Positions 8,087-16,781 of a stretch of 21,526 nt of DNA are shown here, piece by piece. The stretch lies in IMG/VR virus record IMGVR_UViG_2778261179_000011; one strand, given 5' to 3'. The translations under genes were made by a program, and so were the position numbers. The stretch is from a virus. Its lineage: Duplodnaviria > Heunggongvirae > Uroviricota > Caudoviricetes. Position 1 is the first letter of the stretch. Each line of letters begins with the position of its first letter. The notes under the pieces are model-generated. The model searched no databases and was not told where the DNA came from. It saw nothing but the letters and a program-made list of their open reading frames with translations.

Positions 8087-11000
8087 GTAACGTCGGCCAG
8101 CGTGAACGCATGACCCAACAGCGCATTGTTGAGCTGTTTCAAACGGATTTAGGCTACCGCTATTTAGGTAACTGGGAATACCGCGATAACAATAAAAACA
8201 TAGAAGTTGAGCTACTAACGAGCTGGCTGAAAAAGCGCGGCATAAGCGAGGCGCTGATTAATCGCGTGATTCGTCAGCTAGACAGCGCAGCGGCGCTGGG
8301 CGAAGGTAAAAAGCTCTATTACGCCAACAAAGAGGTTTATCGCCTGCTGCGTTACGGCGTGAAAGATAAAGAAGGTGCTGGCCATCTTAATGAAACCGTG
8401 TGGCTGATTGACTGGAAAAATCCAGAAGCAAACGATTTTGCCATTGCCGAAGAAGTCTCTATCAAGGGTGAAAACAAAAAATGCCCAGACATAGTGCTGT
8501 ATGTCAATGGTATCGCTCTAGGTGTGATTGAGCTGAAACGCTCTTCGGTGTCTGTCTCTGAGGGTATTCGCCAGAACCTCGATAACCAAAAGAAAGATTT
8601 TATCCGTAACTTCTTCACCACCATGCAATTGGTGATGGCGGGTAACGACACGCAAGGCTTGCGTTACGGCACGATTGAAACCCCGGAGAAGTATTATCTT
8701 GAATGGAAAGAAGAGATAGAGAACGGGTATAGCCATAAGCTCGACTTTCACCTGAGCCGCGTATGCAATAAAGCGCGTTTTTTACAGATCATCCACGATT
8801 TTATTGTTTTCGATGCGGGTATTAAAAAGACCTGTCGTCACAATCAGTTCTTTGGTATTGAAGCGGCAAAACGCCATATCGCAAGGCGTGAAGGCGGCAT
8901 TATTTGGCATACGCAAGGTTCTGGCAAAAGCCTCACTATGGTGTGGTTGGCCAAATGGATACGTGAAAATGTCAAAGACGCCCGTGTATTGATCGTGACC
9001 GATCGTACCGAGCTGGATGAGCAGATAGAAAAAGTATTCACCGGTGTTGAGGAAGATATTTATCGCACCAAAAGCGGTGCCGATTTGGTGGCGACGCTCA
9101 ATCAGCCCAACCCTTGGTTGGTATGCTCTTTAGTCCATAAATTTGGTCGGCAGTCTGATTCGGAAAACGATACCGCGACGGATGAGTTTATTGCCGAGTT
9201 AAAGAAATCCCTACCATCGGACTTTAAAGCCAAAGGCGACCTATTCGTATTTGTTGATGAATGCCACCGTACTCAATCGGGCAAGTTGCACGAAGCGATG
9301 AAGTCCATTCTGCCAGAAGCCATGTTTGTCGGCTTCACCGGCACCCCCTTGATGAAGAAAGACAAGAAAAAATCGGTTGAGGTATTTGGCCCTTACATTC
9401 ACACCTATAAGTTTGATGAAGCTGTGGCCGATGGCGTTGTGCTCGATTTACGCTACGAAGCACGAGACATCGACCAAAATGTCACGTCGCAGAAAAAGGT
9501 CGATGAATGGTTTGAAGCCAAAACTCGCGGCTTATCTCGATTAGCGAAAACCCAGTTGAAACAGAAATGGGGCACCATGCAAAAGGTGCTGTCCAGTAAA
9601 TCGCGTTTGCAGCAGATTGTGAATGATATCTTGCTGGATATGGACACTAAGCCACGCCTGATGGATGGCTACGGCAATGCCATGTTGGTCTGCTCTAGTG
9701 TCTATCAAGCTTGTAAAGCTTATGAAATGTTCAGCCAAACAGATTTAGCCGGCAAGGTGGCTATTGTCACCAGTTTTCAGCCGACCGCTGCGAGCATTAA
9801 AGGGGAAGAAACCGGTGAAGGCTTAACGGAAAAGCTCTTTAAGTACGATATTTACCGCAAAATGCTTGCGGATTACTTCGAGCAACCGGAAGACAAGGCC
9901 GCTAACCGAGTTGAAGAGTTTGAAAAAGAAGTTAAAAAACAATTTATTGATGAGCCAGGGCAAATGCGCTTGCTCATCGTGGTCGATAAGTTGCTGACTG
10001 GCTTCGACGCCCCTTCGGCTACCTATTTGTATATCGACAAACAGATGGCTGATCACAATCTGTTTCAGGCCATTTGCCGCGTGAACCGCTTGGATGGCGA
10101 TGATAAAGAATACGGTTACATCATTGACTACAAAGATCTGTTCCGCTCGTTGGATAAAGCGATTTCTGATTATACTCAAGGCGCATTTGATGGTTATGAC
10201 AAGGAAGACGTTGCAGGGCTGCTGAAAGATCGTTTAGAGCAAGCCAAGCTCGATTTGGATAATGCGCTGGAAATGGTGCGCGCCTTGTGTGAGCCGGTAA
10301 AAGCGCCACGCAACACGGAAGACTACATTTATTATTTTTGTGGTAAGTCAGGTCTGAACCAAGACGAGCTCACCGAGAAAGAAGCACTGCGTTTAACGCT
10401 TTATCAGAACGTTGCCAAACTGCTGCGTGCGTTCGCCAATATCGCCAATGAAATGCCTGATGCAGGCTATTCTGCGCAAGATGTAGACTCGATAAGAACA
10501 GAAGTGGCTCATTTTGAAAAAGTCCGTGACGAAGTAAAACTGGCCAGTGGCGATTTGGTAGAAATGAAACGCTTTGAGCCTGCGATGCGCCATTTGTTAG
10601 ATATGTATATTCGTGCGGATGACAGCGAAGTACTGATGGATTTTGAAGAGCTGGGGCTTATTGAGCTCATTGTCGAAAAAGGCGCTGATGCCGTGGAGGC
10701 TTTGCCTGATAGTATTCGCAAGAATCAGGAAGCCATGGCCGAAACCATCGAAAATAACGTGCGTAAAACCATCGTTGATGAAAACCCGGTTAACCCCAAG
10801 TATTACGAGCAAATGTCGGTGTTATTGGATGAGCTGATTGAGCTTCGTCGCCAAAAAGCGATTGAATATCAAGAGTATTTGGAAAAAATCCGCGAGCTGT
10901 CTCGTAAGGTTATACGTCCGGAGCAGACAGCGGCTAACTATCCGCCATCGATGGACTCTAATCCAAAACGCGCGTTTTACGATAATTTTGGTCAAGATGA

Positions 11001-11175
11001 ATTGCTGGCTACCAAAATAGATAGTGCCATTCGTTATACCAAAAAAGCGGATTGGGTCGGAGATCGCTTTAAGGAGCGAGAAATTGCCAATGCGGTGCGA
11101 GAAGAAACGACGGGGTATGAGGTGGATATTCAGGGTGTAATGGAATTGGCAAAAGCGCAAAAAGAGTACCATTGA
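8083..11175 (+). CDS. hsdR: Type I restriction enzyme endonuclease/translocase subunit HsdR (1030 aa)
   Basis: N-terminal PD-(D/E)xK nuclease motif (PDIVLYVNGIALGVIELK). SF2 helicase motifs: Walker A HTQGSGKSLT (about 8911-8940), motif II FVDECHR (about 9253-9273), motif III FTGTP. ATGA overlap with the upstream gene. Confidence 0.9.
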   Translation: MSNVGQRERMTQQRIVELFQTDLGYRYLGNWEYRDNNKNIEVELLTSWLKKRGISEALINRVIRQLDSAAALGEGKKLYYANKEVYRLLRYGVKDKEGAGHLNETVWLIDWKNPEANDFAIAEEVSIKGENKKCPDIVLYVNGIALGVIELKRSSVSVSEGIRQNLDNQKKDFIRNFFTTMQLVMAGNDTQGLRYGTIETPEKYYLEWKEEIENGYSHKLDFHLSRVCNKARFLQIIHDFIVFDAGIKKTCRHNQFFGIEAAKRHIARREGGIIWHTQGSGKSLTMVWLAKWIRENVKDARVLIVTDRTELDEQIEKVFTGVEEDIYRTKSGADLVATLNQPNPWLVCSLVHKFGRQSDSENDTATDEFIAELKKSLPSDFKAKGDLFVFVDECHRTQSGKLHEAMKSILPEAMFVGFTGTPLMKKDKKKSVEVFGPYIHTYKFDEAVADGVVLDLRYEARDIDQNVTSQKKVDEWFEAKTRGLSRLAKTQLKQKWGTMQKVLSSKSRLQQIVNDILLDMDTKPRLMDGYGNAMLVCSSVYQACKAYEMFSQTDLAGKVAIVTSFQPTAASIKGEETGEGLTEKLFKYDIYRKMLADYFEQPEDKAANRVEEFEKEVKKQFIDEPGQMRLLIVVDKLLTGFDAPSATYLYIDKQMADHNLFQAICRVNRLDGDDKEYGYIIDYKDLFRSLDKAISDYTQGAFDGYDKEDVAGLLKDRLEQAKLDLDNALEMVRALCEPVKAPRNTEDYIYYFCGKSGLNQDELTEKEALRLTLYQNVAKLLRAFANIANEMPDAGYSAQDVDSIRTEVAHFEKVRDEVKLASGDLVEMKRFEPAMRHLLDMYIRADDSEVLMDFEELGLIELIVEKGADAVEALPDSIRKNQEAMAETIENNVRKTIVDENPVNPKYYEQMSVLLDELIELRRQKAIEYQEYLEKIRELSRKVIRPEQTAANYPPSMDSNPKRAFYDNFGQDELLATKIDSAIRYTKKADWVGDRFKEREIANAVREETTGYEVDIQGVMELAKAQKEYH

Positions 11176-11888
11176 TGCCTAAGGTAGAAATTGGTTCTAT
11201 TGCGATGCAGTTAAATCGTAAGGCAATTAAAAACCTTCATATCAGCGTGTTGCCACCTGATGGGCGTGTGCGTGTTTCTGCTCCTGAATCTATGACAGAA
11301 ACCGCAATCCGTATGGCAGTGATCAGCCGCATTCCTTGGATCAAGAAACAGCAGAGTGTTTTTGCCAAACAACCTCGCCAATCTGATCGAGCAATGGTTA
11401 GCGGTGAATGTCATTACCTGTGGGGCAGGCGTTATCGTCTGAATCTTATCGAGCGTTCCGGAAAGCATGAAATCAAGCTAGGTCGTGGTCGATTGCATTT
11501 ATATGTCAATCCCGCAACAACGCTTGAGAACAAGGCACTGGTACTGAACTCATATTATCGAGATGCACTTAAAACGCGAATCGCTGAGTTATTGCCTGTT
11601 TGGGAAGATAAGATCGGCGTTAAAGCTGTAGATTGGGGAATTAAAAAGATGAAAACCAAGTGGGGCAGCTGCAATATTCAGGCAAAGCGCATTTGGCTAA
11701 ATTTAGAGCTTGCTAAAAAGCCACCGGAGTGTTTGGAGTACATCCTAGTGCATGAATTGGTGCACTTGCTTGAGCGTAATCACAATGAACGCTTCAAGGG
11801 GTATATGGACAAGCTACTTCCCGATTGGCGAGAGCGCAGAGATTTGTTGAATCGGATGCCCTTGGCGCACAACGATTGGGTGTACTAG
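11175..11888 (+). CDS. M48-family / YgjP-like (DUF45) zinc-dependent hydrolase, ~237 aa
   Basis: HExxH zinc-binding motif HELVHLLE (11751-11774) preceded by WGSC. ATG at 11175 overlaps the hsdR stop (TGATG); the track ORF starts 3 nt earlier at TTG 11172. This family is commonly found directly downstream of hsdR. Confidence 0.75.
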   Translation: MPKVEIGSIAMQLNRKAIKNLHISVLPPDGRVRVSAPESMTETAIRMAVISRIPWIKKQQSVFAKQPRQSDRAMVSGECHYLWGRRYRLNLIERSGKHEIKLGRGRLHLYVNPATTLENKALVLNSYYRDALKTRIAELLPVWEDKIGVKAVDWGIKKMKTKWGSCNIQAKRIWLNLELAKKPPECLEYILVHELVHLLERNHNERFKGYMDKLLPDWRERRDLLNRMPLAHNDWVY

Positions 11889-12284
11889 GAAAATTATGCA
11901 GAGTTTGCATGGTTAGCCTGATTATGTATGTGGCGCGTAATTTGAGATAAACTTGATAGTAAAAGCGGGAAATGGATTTCATTTCTCCGATATTTTGCTC
12001 AGGTGCTGTCGCTAAAAGTGTCAAGATTCTATCTTTACGCTTGGCGGCCAATACTCCCGCAGTACCTACCCAGAAAATAGCCAATATTGGGATCAACTTA
12101 ACAGTTTTGGCTTTGTTTATTATAAAAACCAGCACTTTCAATTAGTTGAATGGTTTATTCGCTAGTTTATGTGAACTACCGTTCTAACGAATAGAACACC
12201 CCGAGATATTGCTTTCGCTGGTGGGAAAACATTCCTAACCAACCTGAAGGCGCAATACATCAGTTTTTAAGCAGAGAAAAGACT

Positions 12285-13079
12285 ATGACAGCACAAAATA
12301 CTAAAACAATTCAATACCGCCTGCGTAATGGCCAGAGTGTCGAAGTGACCATCAATAATGATGGTGTACCTGGCGAAAAGGTTTCTATCTCTGATCTGGC
12401 TATCGAAAAAACCATCATGTGCCACCTTGGCTTTACTGAAGAAGTGAGCAAAAAGCATGGTGTAGCTATCTGGCGCACAATGGATACTGGAATGCGCAGA
12501 TTCATTACTGCTCGTACCCCTGGTATGACCATGATGGACCTCATACAGATTGCGCCGCTGTTTGAGTGTGAACCTTTGGATGTATTCAGCAATCCAGCTA
12601 TCTGCCAGCAGTTATATGGTGAGATGAAACTCGCGGTTACCCCCATTGTGCTGCATGAAGGATCGCTTGCTGGCGTATGGAAAGTAGAGCGAATTTCAAG
12701 CTACATGCCATTCCACATCCATGTCAACGGCGTAATCGCAGGTGAAAATCAACCTGTTTCAGTTACAAAGTCAGACCTCAATCGCGCAATTCTTGAAGCA
12801 AGTTGTCGAGTTATCGGCCTGGGCAAACAGTCTTATGTTTCCTTCCCGGCTGGTCCTGAAGGCCCGGCAGAAATTCTGATTATGGATGCCGATCTGCTCT
12901 GGCAAATACAGTTTCTGATTGGCAAAAGCATCATCCGCGCTGAAGAACTCGATCAGTACATTACCTGCACGATGACGGATGAAGTCAAAAGTGTGGCTAT
13001 AGCCAATGCCCGGAAGCTATGTCGTGCTGCATTAACAGAACTGCAAGAAAACACCACGGAAGAAGTGGAAAGCGATTAA
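12285..13079 (+). CDS. Hypothetical protein, 264 aa, function unknown
   Basis: Clean ATG ORF after a ~400-bp AT-rich intergenic region; ends 3 bp before a strong hairpin terminator. No motif recognised. Confidence 0.5.
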   Translation: MTAQNTKTIQYRLRNGQSVEVTINNDGVPGEKVSISDLAIEKTIMCHLGFTEEVSKKHGVAIWRTMDTGMRRFITARTPGMTMMDLIQIAPLFECEPLDVFSNPAICQQLYGEMKLAVTPIVLHEGSLAGVWKVERISSYMPFHIHVNGVIAGENQPVSVTKSDLNRAILEASCRVIGLGKQSYVSFPAGPEGPAEILIMDADLLWQIQFLIGKSIIRAEELDQYITCTMTDEVKSVAIANARKLCRAALTELQENTTEEVESD

Positions 13080-13081
13080 AA

Positions 13082-13105
13082 AAAATCCCGCCGATTGGCG
13101 GGATT
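13082..13105. terminator. Bidirectional rho-independent terminator (10-bp perfect stem AAATCCCGCC / GGCGGGATTT, 4-nt loop)
   Basis: Read directly from sequence. Minus-strand orientation is followed by a U-run of 8 or more (A-run 13076-13084 on plus); plus-strand orientation by TTTCTTC. Sits between convergent genes 12285-13079 (+) and 13109-13426 (-). Confidence 0.65.
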
Positions 13106-13108
13106 TCT

Positions 13109-13426
13109 TCAATATACGATCTGGTCTACATGATCCCCAAAATCATCGTCGTCATCGTCGTCGTCCTCATCGCCACCCTCTACTGCTGGCCAATCAACAA
13201 ACCAGCCAGCGTAAAGATGCAGCGTTCGGAGAACATCACTTGCGGGAGCATCAAGGGTGTTAACGAATCCCATATAGCTATTGGGATTTGCCCCAGCTAT
13301 GGCTTCAGCGATCATGTCCTCGGTAATGTCACCGGAGATAATGCTTAAACGCCCGGAAACTTCTTCATTATCATCAAATTCGATAATGGCATCTCCGCCT
13401 AATGGCGCTGCGATTTTAATCTGCAT
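13109..13426 (-). CDS. Highly acidic small protein, 105 aa, with a D8 tract (DEDDDDDDDDFGD); last gene of the dar-like operon
   Basis: About 26 Asp/Glu against about 3 Lys/Arg. Poly-Asp encoded by a (GAY)n run at 13142-13171. Overlaps the upstream 995-aa gene by 11 bp. Confidence 0.5.
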   Translation of the reverse strand: MQIKIAAPLGGDAIIEFDDNEEVSGRLSIISGDITEDMIAEAIAGANPNSYMGFVNTLDAPASDVLRTLHLYAGWFVDWPAVEGGDEDDDDDDDDFGDHVDQIVY

Positions 13427-16403
13427 TATTTAGCTCCTTTGCCACACCTAATAACAGTTCCAGCAATCCGTCACCATTCATCAGTGATGCGGCAGCGGCC
13501 TCTTTGTCATGATACAACTGAAGAGCCATAGAGAATACTTCCGTTGCTGACGTTTTGGAAATAGTCGGGGATTTCTGCCGAATTTTCCCAGTGTTACTTA
13601 CTGAGGCTGGCGGGTATACCTTCGCCATATAAATATTACTCAATCGAGATCTGAAGCACCATTCAGGCTTGCCACGCCCACCGATATTAACGAAAGATGG
13701 CTTATCCCCTTCAACATTGGCCTTCAGGAATGACCGGGCTTTCTCTAACAAACCAGGGTTACTGTACTCAAGATGATGACCCAGCTCGTGCCACAGTGCA
13801 CTTGCATTTTCATCGTTCAAATTGACAGCAACAACACCATTAAGATTTGCATATGCCCTTCCCTGGTGGTGAACCACCTTTGATAAGGTCGAAATTTTAC
13901 CGCCGGTCAGGCGATAAATATCAGCAAGTTCCTTGCGCAGGTCTATCCCACCATTCTGTCCAGCGCGGGCTTCTTCCACTTCTTCCGTGATAAAAGAGTC
14001 GGCCCACTCAAGAGCTTTTTCTTCAGATACGGATGAGTTGGCGATCGCACTGTTCATGGCAGATAACACTTTCTCGTGGACCGAACCCATACTTCGCTGA
14101 TTCATTTGCCAGCGTGTCTGCGGGTTATATGAGAATCGCTTAAGTAGTTGGTCAAGCTGCTCAAGTTCTTCTTCACTGACATACTTTTTAGCCTCACCAA
14201 TAATGCCAGGGAGAATATTGCCGTTAGGATTAAACGCTCGCGAAAGGAAGAGTTTCAGCGCCCCCATGCCCTCCGATGCTTCAATATCACCAATAACCCG
14301 GTTAACAATGGCCGCACTCTTCGGATTAGCATCCGCCAACGCTCTGGCTACGATTTGCAGGGACGATACGACCTCACGCTGCATATCAGTCCTGATCTCA
14401 TCAATAAACTCTGGCGTTATGCCGTGCTCTTTAAGGATATCCCTGCCTTCCGCCGTTACCCCATCGATATCACCGACATGTTTATTAACCTGACTTTGCA
14501 ATGCCTTAAATGCCTTCAGAATTCCACGGGCATCATCAGCTTTACTAACGGCCTTCCTGAATACTGGCAAGAAGTCAGAGTTAACCTCATTTTGTTGATC
14601 GGCCCACTGAATGGAGGCTTCTTTCATCTCGTCCAGAGTCAGATCACCCAACGCGGTATGGTCTGTGAATATGAGCGACAACCTCTGAACCATTTCTGCC
14701 AATGGTGATGCCGAATGCGCCGCGCTAAGGAATGCTTTCACCCTGGTTGGGCGAATGGAAAACCAGTCAATAGCTGGTGGCATATCTCCGTTTTTTATCG
14801 CCTGCGCTATCTCATCAAAGCCGTCGCGCCCAAGGGAGGATGCGTGATTTAACAATCCGCGAAGTAACGAATTGCTGATACCGAATAATCGGCACCATTT
14901 TTTTACGTCGGCAACAGGCATTCGGACAAAATGCGCAAGCACTTGTACAAGCTGCTCATCCTGGGGATCGGTGCGGGATAGCAGCCTGATCAGATGAATA
15001 ATGTCTTTGATTCCGGATGCCCGATGTAATAGCAAGCTGGTATATGGAGCAACACCGTTGTAACTACCGCCGGAAGCTGACTCGAAAAGACCGCCGGATA
15101 TCCCTTGCATACCTTCGTTTTCCAGTTCCTGAGATACCTGGCGAAGGATATCCTGTAACGACACATCACCGCCGCCAAACATATCCCCGAGCGCCTGGCC
15201 CTGGTGCTGTAACTCATCATTGATACGTTGTGCCATCAACTTAAAGGCGGTGGCCATACGCTTCGCGCTACGGTTATTCGCGACGATAAACAACGCGAGT
15301 GCTTTCACTTCCGGGGCCGTTTCGCTGAACATATCCCCCTGAGCAATAACATCGGTAATATGTTGGCCTGACTCCTTCGATTGCCTTACCAGGTCTACCG
15401 CATCTTTCAATGCAGCCAGCGCCTTTTTATCGAGGCTATCCGCTGTTTCAATGCTATCAACGATAGTTGTCACAGCCTGCTTGTGCGCTTCTCCTGATAA
15501 AGCCTGCATCTGGACAAAATCATTGGCCGCCGCATTAAGCGCCGTCAGAACATTACGCATATCCGGATCAGGTTCTTCTGCAACCATCCTTACCAAGCGC
15601 GCATCCTTATATGCCTTGGCAAAGATCGCGTTTTGTATCCGGTCAACAAGTTGCCGTGTTGGTCGCCCATCTTCAGTTACAAGTCCAGCCGCCTGTGTGG
15701 CACCAACTTGCGTCATAAATCCGCGAATAAACGCGTCATTACTGCGGCTAAGCAGATCTCCGCTTTCTGACGGGTTAAAAAGCGCCATCATCGCCGGTGT
15801 TATGCTGTCGGCATCAACAAAAGCCTTTTCACTGGCTGCCATTTCCTGAAGATCAGAAATATTTGAGTCTTTGGCAAACTGAACGCGGTCAACCTTAGTT
15901 AACCGGCGGCGCACCAGTACCGGAGCCGTCATTGATTCAACCTTTTCAGGACGTATGCCGAATTCGCTCGCATGTTCAATCAGGTACTCCCGATACCGAT
16001 CCGCATTGCCGTCCTGATAGGCTTTAATGATCCCCATGGTTCGTCCATTACCTGACTCAACGGCATTGTCCTCACCAATTATCGGCGCTCCATGGCTGGA
16101 TAAACCGGAGTCGGTAAGCTGAGCAGGCCGCAAATCCTTGGATATCTGGTTAACCTGAAGAATACTGGATGCGCGGGTCCGGTCGCGCGGCTGAAGTTCC
16201 TGGGGATAGTCCGGATTAATTTTCCCGTCCAGAGTATTGGATACCAAAAGAGCTGAGGCATCGACGATATCAAACGCTGTTTTTACCTCGTCTCCCTTCG
16301 CTGTCACCACATACGAAACCCGCCCATAATCGGGCAGGTTCTTTAGCAGCTCGATCAGCGTTTCTATGCTGGTGGCCATTACCACCTGATCGCTTAAGCT
16401 CAT
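13416..16403 (-). CDS. ddrB: DdrB-like large protein, 995 aa, with an HExxH zincin motif near the C-terminus
   Basis: ATG start. HELGHH encoded at 13773-13790 (verified by reverse-complementing the DNA). Size and position after the ddrA-like and darA-like genes match the P1 darA operon as I recall it. Confidence 0.6.
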   Translation of the reverse strand: MSLSDQVVMATSIETLIELLKNLPDYGRVSYVVTAKGDEVKTAFDIVDASALLVSNTLDGKINPDYPQELQPRDRTRASSILQVNQISKDLRPAQLTDSGLSSHGAPIIGEDNAVESGNGRTMGIIKAYQDGNADRYREYLIEHASEFGIRPEKVESMTAPVLVRRRLTKVDRVQFAKDSNISDLQEMAASEKAFVDADSITPAMMALFNPSESGDLLSRSNDAFIRGFMTQVGATQAAGLVTEDGRPTRQLVDRIQNAIFAKAYKDARLVRMVAEEPDPDMRNVLTALNAAANDFVQMQALSGEAHKQAVTTIVDSIETADSLDKKALAALKDAVDLVRQSKESGQHITDVIAQGDMFSETAPEVKALALFIVANNRSAKRMATAFKLMAQRINDELQHQGQALGDMFGGGDVSLQDILRQVSQELENEGMQGISGGLFESASGGSYNGVAPYTSLLLHRASGIKDIIHLIRLLSRTDPQDEQLVQVLAHFVRMPVADVKKWCRLFGISNSLLRGLLNHASSLGRDGFDEIAQAIKNGDMPPAIDWFSIRPTRVKAFLSAAHSASPLAEMVQRLSLIFTDHTALGDLTLDEMKEASIQWADQQNEVNSDFLPVFRKAVSKADDARGILKAFKALQSQVNKHVGDIDGVTAEGRDILKEHGITPEFIDEIRTDMQREVVSSLQIVARALADANPKSAAIVNRVIGDIEASEGMGALKLFLSRAFNPNGNILPGIIGEAKKYVSEEELEQLDQLLKRFSYNPQTRWQMNQRSMGSVHEKVLSAMNSAIANSSVSEEKALEWADSFITEEVEEARAGQNGGIDLRKELADIYRLTGGKISTLSKVVHHQGRAYANLNGVVAVNLNDENASALWHELGHHLEYSNPGLLEKARSFLKANVEGDKPSFVNIGGRGKPEWCFRSRLSNIYMAKVYPPASVSNTGKIRQKSPTISKTSATEVFSMALQLYHDKEAAAASLMNGDGLLELLLGVAKELNNAD

Positions 16404-16415
16404 CCCTGTTACGCC

Positions 16416-16781
16416 TTATGCTGCCTCTTTAATGTTGGCGGCTATCCATGCCGCCGTGTGCTGTTTAACCTGGTCCAGGTCGATGTATGTGCCAACATAT
16501 TGACTCAAGTCCTGCAAGGTACCGATAAATGCATCTGTGCTCTGATCGACGAATTTATCAGCCAGGAAATCAGCAACCAGTTTTGGCACACCATCATGTT
16601 CCGAAGGTTGTTTTTCATCGCCACTACCACCGCCGGACGCGCCGTACCCCATCTGTTGCATGATCTGGTCAATTTCATCGCTGATATCCAGCAACTCCAT
16701 GCCACTCGCGGTGGCCGCTTTGGACATCAGAGCATCCAACTTATCGCTGAGATCCATTAACTCAATAGCTGATAGTGTCAT
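16416..16781 (-). CDS. ddrA: DdrA-like small acidic protein, 121 aa
   Basis: ATG overlaps the stop of the upstream 639-aa gene (ATGA). Called by size and operon position only. Confidence 0.5.
   Translation of the reverse strand: MTLSAIELMDLSDKLDALMSKAATASGMELLDISDEIDQIMQQMGYGASGGGSGDEKQPSEHDGVPKLVADFLADKFVDQSTDAFIGTLQDLSQYVGTYIDLDQVKQHTAAWIAANIKEAA

Noticed and set aside
6716-11172. Short ORFs on either strand within the second DUF262 gene and hsdR (for example 6716-6925, 8352-8651, 9823-10179, 10822-11172)
   Set aside because: All lie inside genes with clear motifs in another frame or strand; translations are low complexity.
11794-12141. 115-aa minus-strand ORF spanning the end of the M48 gene and the intergenic region
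   Set aside because: Overlaps the 3' end of a supported gene, has no RBS and a compositionally odd translation; more likely the region holds the promoter for the 264-aa gene.
12200-12225. ATTGCT-containing sequence resembling the start of a P1 C1-repressor operator
   Set aside because: Only the first 6-7 bases match the asymmetric 17-bp operator as I recall it; insufficient to call.
12267-12646. Minus-strand ORFs of 63 and 111 aa overlapping the 264-aa gene
   Set aside because: Antisense to a well-formed ORF with a clean start and terminator; treated as shadow ORFs.
13019-13348. 109-aa plus-strand ORF running through the terminator hairpin
   Set aside because: It crosses the strong bidirectional terminator and is antisense to the acidic-protein gene; its poly-V/I stretch is just the reverse reading of the poly-Asp codons.
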